A stretch of DNA of 64,000 nucleotides from assembly GCF_000143415.4 (NCBI RefSeq), contig NW_003314332.1, positions 372,001 through 436,000 on the forward strand, written 5' to 3'. Below, one piece after another: positions 54,596 through 64,000 of this stretch. Source of the stretch: Selaginella moellendorffii. Its lineage: Eukaryota > Plantae > Lycopodiophyta. The position numbers and the translations under genes were made by a program. The stretch's first letter is position 1; every line of letters begins with the position of its first letter. The notes below the pieces were generated by a model. That model was not told the DNA's origin. It saw nothing but the letters and a program-made list of their open reading frames with translations, and did no database searches.

Positions 54596-55010
54596 CACCG
54601 GCGTGGGGAGTCACACCAGGCATCTAGTGTGATGCCGTCCGTAGATGCATATACGGAGGTTGGGTTCGAGTCCCGACCCTCTAGTGCTTGGGTTCGAGTC
54701 CCAAATCACTAGGGCGTGGTGATGGTTTGGAATATGAGGACACTCATATTTCGGTGGTCATGGACTCTCAGTGGGGAGACTGGTTTGGGCACACCGCCAA
54801 GCGAGGGATGCCTCGGAGTCGTGATGCACGGTTAGATTGCCTAGTGTGAAAGCTCAGCATATCTAACTTGAACGCTTTGGTGCAAGTGGCACCAAGGTCG
54901 TGGTGAGTGAGATGGGGACACCTAATCTCAGTTGCTATGAACCCTTGGCCGTAAGGGCTAGCTTGGGTGCACCGCCAAGTGTGGGGGATGCCCCCGGGGT
55001 TATAGTCAAC
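54596..55010 (+). ncRNA. Structured RNA cassette in LARD interior (hairpin series, two T-loop/B-box hairpins, two copies of GACA hairpin plus four-way junction)
   Basis: GGTTGGG-TTCGAGT-CCCGACC (54658-54678); CTAGTG.TTGGG-TTCGAGT-CCCAA..CACTAG (54681-54712); GAATATGAG-GACA-CTCATATTT (54730-54751); junctions at 54754-54829 and 54931-55010. Confidence 0.65.
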
Positions 55011-58000
55011 AACTTGGAGGTCTAGAAAACCAAGTACCTCTTGGCAACTCTGTTAAGGTGCCAAGGTGAGATCACTAGGTGATCTTATGGCCAGATAAGG
55101 ACAAGGTCCTTGGTTGGCTAAGGAATGAAGTTCCTGGTTCAAAATGTTGAAATTGAACTGTTTAAGGTGGTGTGGCTTGGTCGTGATAACCAAGTGGGAA
55201 GAGCACCTAAGGGAAATAAACTATGTCCATGCGATGGCATAGTGAGTCCGAGGAAAGTAGTCTCTATAAAAGACCCATGGGAGGGTCACGAAGTTGGGCC
55301 ATGGATAGAGCCCATAGCAGAAGATGCTAAAGAGACGTACTAGGGGTGAACATCCTCCGGACTTGGCAAAGAAGAGTCTTTGCTATGGAACCGAAACAAT
55401 ACCTCAAGGAGGGAGGTAGAGATTCGATGTTGCTTGGTGCAACAATCAACGGATAGGAGCAAAAGATGAATGGCCAAGATAGGGCCGTGGAATCCCTTGG
55501 AAGGAATCCAAGTGACAAAGTTAGGCGAGGAACACTAATGTGTTGGACGCTAACAAGTTGCGGGAAAGGAAGTGTGTTTCCAAGGAGGGATTCCGAATTG
55601 CTCCGATTTGGCAAAAGTGGAAGCTCCAAGGGGGGGAGCGGTAAGGTAGCCAAATGATAGGGCCATGAACGGCCCTAGCACAAACTGGAACTTTGGCACG
55701 AAATAGAAGAGAGGATGATGGTGCCCTCGAGTAGAGAACTTCCTAGGATGGGAAGTGGAGTTGCACAAAAGGTGCAAGGCAAGGTGTCGGAGACACCTAG
55801 GAAATTGACTCCAAGAAGTCAAAATCCAAAGTTCCAAAGTGCAAAGGTTATATCGATGGAAATTGAAACTACTCGAGAAGGAGTAGTGGGTTTGACTTAG
55901 AGAAGGGTCTCTAAGAGGTTTAGCAAGAACTAAACCAATAAAAGGAGAGAACCAATCCTTGTGGTCCAATCAGTCTCTAAGTTGGGGAGACTACCCTCCT
56001 TAGAGGATAGGCAAGGCATGGTGAGCCTTTGGTGTCAAACCATGGAGGCATATGCAAAAGGCATGGTGAGCCTTCAATGTCAAACCATTGACAAATATTG
56101 GCTAGGTGCCAAGGATGGAAATGGTAACACATATGGGTGTTACTTTACAAAATGGTTTACCGTTCGATGAGGACATCGAACTTCGTCTATGGGTGGTGGA
56201 GTTGTGAGACACAAAATCCCTAGGCCCCAAAGTGGAGCCGGAAGGGCACCACATGGTAGTGGCCGAAGCGAGAGCCAAAAGAGCGTAACACGTTTGGACC
56301 AAAAGCTCCGACTTGAAAAGTCAAGAGCGGGAGTGGAACTCCCAACGAAGTGCTCGAGGAACGAGCACGAAGCGAGCAAAAGGCAAGGCTCCAAAAAGGG
56401 ACCCAAAAGGACCAACACATGACACGTGGGAGTGTCCGAAATGGACTCGAGTTGGAGTCCGAAGTGGAGTCCGAGATGGACTCGAGTTGGAGTCCGAAGT
56501 GGAGTCCGAGATGGACTCGAGTTGGAGTCCGAAGTGGAGTCCGAGATGGACCCGAGTTGGAGTCCGAAGTGGAGTCCGAGGTGGACCCGAGATGGACCCG
56601 AGTTGGAGTCCGAAGTGGAGTCCGAGATGGACCCGAGATGGAGTCCGAGATGGGACCCGAGATGGAGTCCGAGGTGGACCCGAGATGGACCCGAGTTGGA
56701 GTCCGAAGTGGAGTCCGAGATGGACCCGAGATGGAGTCCAAGATGGAGTCCGAGGTGGACCCGAGATGGACCCGAAATGGAGTCCGAGATGGAGTCCGAG
56801 ATGGACCCGAGATGGAGTCCGAGATGGAGTCCGAGATGGAGTCCGAGATGGACCCGAGATGGACCCGAGATGGAGTCCGAGATGGAGTCCGAGATGGAGT
56901 CCGAGATGGAGTCCGAAGTCGAGACCGAGACCGAGACCGAGACCGGGACCGAGATCGGGACCGAGACCGAGACCGAGGCCGAGGCCGAGACCGAGCCCGA
57001 GCCTGAGTCCGAGTCCGAATCCGAGTCCGAGTCCGAGTCCGAATCCGAGTCCGAGTCCGAGTCCGAGTCCGGAGCCTGAGAGGGTGAAAGCCCAAAGCGT
57101 TCGTCTCCCAGACCCTGGGGGGTTTGGTGAGCTCCAAAAGTATAGTAGGGGGAGGACTGCAGTGGAGCCAGTTTGGCCAGGAAAGGCCAGTTTGGCCCAG
57201 GAAGGCCGGACCCAGTGTTGGGTGATGAGCTGCCCACTGGGAAGTCCAAGACTAGAGTGAACACGGACCGACAAGCGGGGTAGCTTGGTGAAGTGTTCAA
57301 GAGCCGGCTCTAGTTCCCCCGGGAGATCGACTGGCCGATGCTCCCAGTCCAAGTGTGGGTGGCACTACCTACTTGGATACCTGGTGTGGCTCAACGGAAC
57401 CCGCTCTAAGCCCATGGCTAGAGCACCCAAGGGCAGAAGGCGAGGAGAGTACCCAGGTGGCTCGCGTAAGGCCACGGTGTTCCGAAATGTTGTCCCAAAG
57501 GCCCAGACTGTGGAAAGGAAGAGGAGCAGTCCTCTAGGGTAGTGACCAAGGACACAGTCGTGTGGTGAGGAAGTCCCAGAGGACCGTGGGACTTAGCGGT
57601 CGGGCCTGTGGGTCTCGGTCCAGTGGCAGTGTTGGCAAACACGGCCAGGGGCAGAAAGGGACTTAGTGGGGACTGACAGAGGGATATTGGGGAAGGCTAT
57701 TCCCCTTGTCGGTGGGCATCCTAAGGATGCTAAGGAGTGGATCTGAGATGACCACTCACGGATGGTTTGCCTAGTCTTGGGGAGCCAAGACTGTGATGCA
57801 AGTGGTATTGGACTACCAGTGTGGCAAAGGTGATTGGGCATGGCCTTAGCGTAACGGGCTGCTATGTCGGTGGTACCTTTGAGTGTCGGTCATGGGATCG
57901 GACACGTGGAGCACTTGGACCAAGTGCAAAGGTTGAGTGGCATGGATGCCATTCTCGGGGCTAGCAAGCCCCAAGTCCTGAATGGGACTTATGGAGGTTG

Positions 58001-59224
58001 TGAATGAGACTCCTCCAAGCGGTCGGAGGTGTGGTTAAGTGACTAAAGTAGAATGGAAAATTTAGTCTCTTACATTTAGCTCTTTTGCCATCTTGATCTT
58101 TTCTTGTGCACCTTTTGAAATGGAAGACCTATATTGTACAGCCTTCCCATTCCTAGCTGGTCATGTATGCCGGTCTAGTGTTGATATTGGTGGCATAGCA
58201 GTACTAATAGCAACATTTGAGAAAGTCTTTAGCTTGAAATCTGCTCTCTCTAGACTTTCAATCTCTTCTTTCAAAAGATTGCAGCTTCGCTCAACTGGCC
58301 ACTCCTCTGGCACAGAATTTGGCTTCAAAATAATTGAGTTGTGGATCCAGCATCAGTCCCACAATAGTAAATCCAGCTTGACTGGCGGCCCTTCACTCCT
58401 AGATCTCGACAACCCTAAAAACATGGCACTGCTGAAGAACTTGAACCTAAGCGCACAAAAGCGAGACACTGACCTCAACTCCCAATCATTCCAGAGCAAC
58501 ATGCATTGCTCATGGCACTAACTCTTCGAATTGCCTAGTTGATACGAGAAACTGGCTCACGAGAAATAACCTTTTCATCCTCTAGCACTGGACTTACTTG
58601 TGTAACAACTAGCACCTCCTCCACTCCATGTTTTTTAGTTCTTTTTCGGTGTCGTGGAACAGAATGGTAGTCAAACTCTGGACGGTGAGAGCTAGAAGGA
58701 GTGATGTTTGACCCATCAAATGTCTGTCGACGCTTCATACGGGCTATTCTCATGTCCCCAAGTGGTTCATAACTTGATTTCATAGGAGTTCCAGCAACAA
58801 CTTCCTCCACCATCTTAGACATTGACCCTATTGCTGGTGTTGTCCTTCTACCAACCCGCTCTTGAAGCCTATCTAAGTTCGGACCTGTACTAGCAAACCT
58901 TGCTTCCTGTGCAGCCAAAGCTTTTGATGACTGCTCAAGAGATCTAGTGAGGTCGGAGAGTGTAGCTTCATAGAGGGACACTTTTCCTTTCCCTGCTTTG
59001 GAAGCTCTCCAACTCCAATGTTTGCTCTCATAGAGATTAATTGTTGGTGTAAGTGCAAAATCATCAAGTGGTTGATCCTACAAAAAATGCAACATTTGAA
59101 TGTGACAAAAAAGAAAATGAGAGAAAGCTTACATGGAGAGTATAATGACCCCACTGAAACATTCGAACTTCCCACCATGCAAGCCAGCATTCCATTTGTG
59201 GAAGGTTTTCAATTGGCACTTTGT

Positions 59225-59419
59225 TGTAAGCAACCAAAGGGAACGACTTGAGAGACGATCCATGGGGTTCAAATATAGAGGGAAAGGGCCCATGAACAAG
59301 AGTGCACCCCCTTTTCCAATCGGTTAAGGGTCTTGGGATATTTTGGAGTTAAGCGTCCTTGGGTTTGAATAGTACTGGGCTGGGTGACCTCCCGGGAAGT
59401 CTAAACTCAGGAGTTTACA
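59225..59419 (+). mobile_element. Cassandra-type TRIM solo LTR carrying a 5S rRNA-derived core
   Basis: TGTAA..TTACA termini; TTTGT TSD at 59220-59224 and 59420-59424. 59347-59401 AGTTAAGCGTCCTTGGG...TAGTACTGGGCTGGGTGACCTCCCGGGAAGTC matches the plant 5S A-box/IE/C-box. Confidence 0.9.
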
Positions 59420-59531
59420 TTTGTCTCCTTCACGCCACCATATGCACATTTCATTTGCCTTTGCCTTGTGCTCCTCTTTAGTTGGTGCATCTATCCATTT
59501 CCGACAAAGCTACTTGAACTTGTGATGGAAG

Positions 59532-62263
59532 TGTGAGACACAAAATCCCTACACCCCAAAGTGGAGTCGGAAAGGGTGCCACGTGGTAGTGGCCAAAGCG
59601 AAAGCTAAACGAGCATAACACGTTTGGACTAAAAGCTCCGACTTGGAAAGTCGAGAGCGGGAGTGGAACACCCAACAAAGTGCTTGAGGAGCGAGCACGA
59701 GCCAACCAATAAGCAAGGTTCCAAAAAGGGACCCAAAAAGGACCAACACATGACACATGGAAGTGTCCGAAAAGGACCCGAGATGGAGTCTGAGACGGAG
59801 TCCGAGATGGACCCGAGATGGAGTCCAAGATGGAGTCTGAGATGGACCCGAGATGGAGTCCGAGATGGAGTCCAAGACGGAGTCCGAGATGGACCTGAGA
59901 TGGACCCGAGATGGACCGAGACGGAGTCCGAGATGGACCCGAGATGGAGTCTGAGATGGACTGAGACGAAGTCCAAGATGGAGTCCGAGAAGGACCCGAG
60001 ATGGAGTCCAAGGTCGAGACCGAGACTGGGACCAAGACCGGGACTGAGACTGAGACCGAGACTAAGACTGAGACCGAGATCGAGACCGAGACTGAGATCG
60101 GGACCGGGACCGGGACCGAGGCCAAGGTCGAGACCAAGGCCGAGACCGAGCCTGAGCCCGAGCCCGAGTCCGAGTCCGAGTCCGAGTTCGAGTCCGAGTT
60201 CGAGTCTGAGAGGGTGAAAGCCCAAAGCGTTTGTCTCCCAGACCCTGGGGGGTTTGGTGAGCTCCAAAAGTATAGTAACGGGGAGGATTGCAGTGGAGCC
60301 AGTTTGGCCAGGAAAGGCTAGTTTGGCCCAGGAAGGCCGGACCCAGTGTTGGGTGATAAACTGACCACTGGGAAGTCCAAGACTAGAGTGAATACAGACC
60401 AACAAGCGGGGTAGCTTGGTGAAGTGTTCAAGAGCTAGCTCTAGTTTCCCCGGGAGATCGATTGGCTGATGCTCCCAGTCGAAGTGTGGGTGGCACTACC
60501 TACTTGGATACCTAGTGTGGCTCAATGGAACCTCGCTCTAAGCCCATGGCTAGAGCACCTAAAGGCGGAAGGTGGGGAGAGTACCCACGGGGCTCGCGTA
60601 GGGCCACGGTGTTCCGAAATGTTGTCCCAAAGTCCCAGTCTGTGGAAAGGAAGAGGAGTAGCCCTCTAGTGTGGTGACCAAGGACACAGTCACACAATGA
60701 GGAAGTCCTAGAGGACAGTGGGACTCAGTGGTCAGGCCCGTGGGCCTTGATCCAGTGGTAGTGTTGGTGGATATGGCCATGGACGGAAAAGGGGCTTGGT
60801 AGGAACTGACAAAGGGATATTGGGGAAGGCTATTCCCCATGTCTGTGGGCATCCTAACGATACTAAGGAGTGGATCTGGGATGACCACTCATGGACAAAT
60901 GGCCTAGTCTTGGAGAAACGGGATTGTGATGCAAGTGGTATTGGACCACTAGTGCGGCAAAGGTGAATGGGCATGGCCTTAGCGTAACAGGCTGATATGT
61001 CAGTGGTACCTTTGAGTGTCGGTTTTGGGACCGGACACGTGGAGCACTTGGACTAAGTGCAAGGGATGAGTGGCATGGATGCCATACTCAAGGCTAACAA
61101 GTCCCAAGTCCTGAATTGGACTTAAGGAGGTTGTGAATGAGACTCCTCCAAGTGGTCGAAGGTGTGGTTAAGTGACTAAAGTAGAATGGAAAAATTAGTC
61201 ACTTACAATTTGGTATTAGAGCTGTTCTTTAGTCTGACTTTTATTGGTGCTCAAGTATATCACCATTGATGTTGGCATCGGAAGGTCCTAGGAGTGGGCC
61301 TATCCTTGAGGAGTAGCATGTCGAGAGAACATGGCTCTCCACTCAAGTTCATACGTGAACTTGGGCGCAATGTGGTGGATAGAAAAGGGCTAGTAAGGGA
61401 ACGACTTTGGGATCTTGGGAACAGTATAAGGGTTTCCTTAGAGAGTTGAGGATGTGATCCAGATGAGTGTTTAACTTAGCAAACTGGCTGATGTGGTTGT
61501 GGTAAACAACTACAGTTGGGATCACAGGAAAGATGTAGACTCCAAAATAATAAAGGAGTCACAAGATTACCCTTATATAGTTCAGGCTGGTACTCATAAA
61601 TTTGAGACCGGAATTTGTGACCGTGGGAGGTCAAATACAGCAGAGGACACCAGTCCTTAAAATGGTAGATAGAGCTACCTCTAATAAATGCTGGAACAAC
61701 CCAAGGAGTTGGGGGTGTGTTTAAAGATAAGTTGTTATTCTCATCACATGGACAAGTATTCCTAAGGGGCAAAAGTTAACCCCAAGAAAATCATCAAGTG
61801 TTGGAGTAACACTTGCAAAGATTGTCCTTGTGAGTAGGATATGAGTACAAGAAGTTGTATTCCAGCTAGTTGGCACCTCAAAGACTAAGACCTCGCAGGT
61901 TGTTGGATTAGCAAAGTTCAAATGTTGGATGACTCAAGTGGAGTCAGGCAATGGTCCTAAAGGATTGGTTGAAGCATTTGGACTGAGGTGTATGGTGCCT
62001 CATGAGGTATGGGGAGGATCGTAAGATCCAAGTATGAGAACAGTAGGTATCTCATTGATGGCAGAATGTGCTATACTAAAGTTGTGGGAAAGATGTTCCC
62101 AGAAGAAGGCAACTTTGGCCCAGAGTTGGGTGAAAACACTATGGTGCGGTGCTAACGGATAGTTAGCATGAGGAACAACTATATTGGTCTTAGCAAAGAC
62201 CTAGACACTAATAAGTAGTGTCATAAGGGTAGGCTCGTGGGGCTGATGGTGTGAAGACACCAA
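59532..62263 (+). mobile_element. Older, truncated family-B LARD copy (LTR 59532-61207, PBS 61211, interior to ~62263)
   Basis: Colinear with 50251-53177, with many transitions. Confidence 0.92.
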
Positions 62264-62710
62264 AGAAGACATTCAGCTCTTGCCGCGAGGCATTTTCGTT
62301 TGCCACAAAGCTAGAAAGAGAGCTTCTGGTCGACTTGGGGATTGCTAGAATTGATTTTGACCAAGCCATCATCCCGTCAGAGTCATCTTGTGCAGTTGTT
62401 CACCTATCCACACCAAATTCTGTCGCTATTAAGCATACACCTCCAGCTCTTGAGAACTTTGTCAATGAGATGCGGCAGCTAAAGGAGATCATTCTGCAAC
62501 AACAATCACACCATGACAAACTGCTCTAGGAGCTGGTGGAGTCAAAGAAAGAGGCTGCTACAGCTCGGGAACACAGATTTAAGTCCCGTTGGTGCACTCA
62601 CTGCGAGACGAACACACACAACACACAGCGTTGCTTCAAGCTTCACCTAGAGCTTCGGCCTCCATCTTCTCAACGTGCCCAACAACATCCCTTCACTGAT
62701 AACTCCACAC
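62264..62710 (+). mobile_element. Retrotransposon gag fragment
   Basis: CCHC knuckle WCTHCETNTHNTQRCFKLHLELRP (~62590-62660) after a coiled-coil-like segment with an in-frame stop. Confidence 0.7.
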
Positions 62711-64000
62711 TGTGAGACACAAAATCCCTAGGCCCCAAAGTGGAGCCGGAAAGGGTGCCACGTGGTAGTGGCCGAAGCAAAAGCCAAATGAGTGTAACAC
62801 GTTTGGACTAAAAGCTCTAACTTGGAAGGTTGAGAGCGGGAGTGGAACTCCCAACAAAGTGCTCAAGGAGCGAGCACGAAGCGAGCAATAAGCAAGGCTC
62901 CAAAAAGGGACCCAAAAAGGACTGACACATGACACGTGGAAGTGTCTGAGATGGACTCAAAATGGAGTCTGATATGGAGTCCGAGATGGACCTGAAGTGG
63001 AGTCCAATATGGAGTCCGAGATGGAGTCCGAGATGGACCCGAAGTGGAGTCTGAGATGGAGTCCAATATGGAGTCCGAGATGGACCCGAAGTGGAGTCTG
63101 AGATGGAGTCCAATATGGAGTCCGAGATGGACCCGAAGTGGAGTCCGATATGGAGTCTGAGATGGAGTCCGAGATGGACCCGAAGTGGAGTCCAATATGG
63201 AGTTTGAGATGGACCCGAAGTGGAGTCCCATATGGAGTTTGAGATGGACCCAAAGTGGAGTCCGATATGGAGTCTGAGATGGGACCCGAGATGGACCTGA
63301 AGTGGAGTCCGAGATGGACCCAAAGTGGAGTCTGATATGGAGTCTGAGATGGACCCAAAGTGGAGTTCGATATGGAGTCTGAGATGGACCCGAAGTGGAG
63401 TCCGATATGGAGTCCGAGATGGGACCCGAGATGGAGTCCGAGATGGACCCGAAGTGGAGTCCGATATGGAGTCCGAGATGGGACCCGAGATGGAACCGAG
63501 ACCGAGACCGAGTCCGAGTCCGAATCCGGGACCGAGACCGAGTCCGAGTCCGAGTCCGAGTCCGAGTCCGAGTCCAAATACTAATACAGGCAGTTGGGTG
63601 AAAGCCCAAAGCGATTGTCCCCCGGGGGGGGGGGGGGGGGGGGGCTACGGGGGGTTCCAAAAGTATAGTAGGGAGAGTATGGGGGTTGAAACCCAGTGGA
63701 GCCAGTTTGGCCCAGGAAGGCCAGACCCAGTGTTGGGTGATGAGCTGACCACTGGGAAGTCCAAAACTAGAGTGAACACGGACCGACAAGCGGGGTAGCT
63801 TGGTGAAGTGTTCAAGAGCCGGCTCTAGTTCCCCTGGGAGATCGACTGGCCGATGCTCCCAGTCCAAGTGTGGGTGGCACTACCTACTTGGATACCAGGC
63901 ATGGCTCAATGGAACCTCGCTCTAGGCCCATGGCTAGAGCACCCAAGGGTGGAAGATGGGGAGAGTACCCAGGTGGCTCGCGTAAGGCCACGGTGTTCCG
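62711..64000 (+). mobile_element. Family-B-type LTR (runs off window), mosaic with family A
   Basis: Starts TGTGAGACACAAAATCCC with no PPT upstream; repeat array, TATA module and 5S-like segment present. Confidence 0.9.

Larger units (their letters stand above)
50251..58074 (+). mobile_element. Young non-autonomous LTR retroelement (LARD, family B): LTRs 50251-52117 and 56203-58074, non-coding 4.1 kb interior
   Basis: TGTGAG..CTTACA termini; TTTAG TSD at 50246-50250 and 58075-58079; PBS TGGTATCGGAGC at 52121; PPT ATGGGTGGTGGAGT at 56189-56202; LTRs nearly identical; no gag/pol ORF inside. Confidence 0.95.
49781..59531 (-). mobile_element. Mutator-like (MULE) transposase remnant with SWIM zinc finger, split by LARD B and Cassandra insertions
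   Basis: Minus-strand pieces WLAWWEVRMFQWG (~59150-59190), PTINLYESKHWSW (~59010-59050), VPEEWPVERSCNLLKEEIESL (~58260-58315) and SWIM CTCPDF..CKHIYY (50060-50135). The frame rejoins across the TTTAG TSD (..KMAKELKCTITK..). Possible terminus at 49781. Confidence 0.65.

Noticed and set aside
54640-54712. Bona fide tRNA gene
   Set aside because: T-arm only; no A-box/D-arm, anticodon arm or acceptor stem in register.
59347-59401. Functional 5S rRNA gene
   Set aside because: Only the internal control region is present; the 5' and 3' helices are missing and it lies inside a TSD-flanked LTR.

Overview
This is eukaryotic plant genomic DNA, most consistent with a lycophyte (Selaginella-like). That assignment is inferred from the very short 50-90 nt GT-AG introns, tightly packed genes, an intronless PLS-type PPR gene and a nuclear mraY. 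The window has three zones. (1) 1-11.3 kb holds two old, AT-decayed Ty3/gypsy remnants. (2) 11.6-37.2 kb is a dense gene island: SGNH/GDSL esterase, SEN1-like helicase pseudogene, WOX homeobox, PPR, extensin-PR1, FRIGIDA-like, MraY, an orphan gene, RRP17, GH1 beta-glucosidase, ATG1, NIPA-like C3HC protein, FeSOD, RRM protein and a degenerate F-box-associated gene. (3) 37.2-64 kb is a nested transposon cluster: an Athila/Tat-like remnant, a chromovirus (family A) with its solo LTR, a MULE-like transposase remnant, a very young non-coding LARD (family B, 50251-58074, TTTAG TSD) with two further family-B copies, and a 5S-rRNA-bearing Cassandra-type solo LTR. The most notable signal is a covarying structured-RNA cassette (tandem T-loop/B-box hairpins, a GACA hairpin and a four-way junction with a possible pseudoknot). 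It is shared between the chromovirus 3' UTR and the non-coding LARD, whose LTRs also carry a degenerate 5S-like core.
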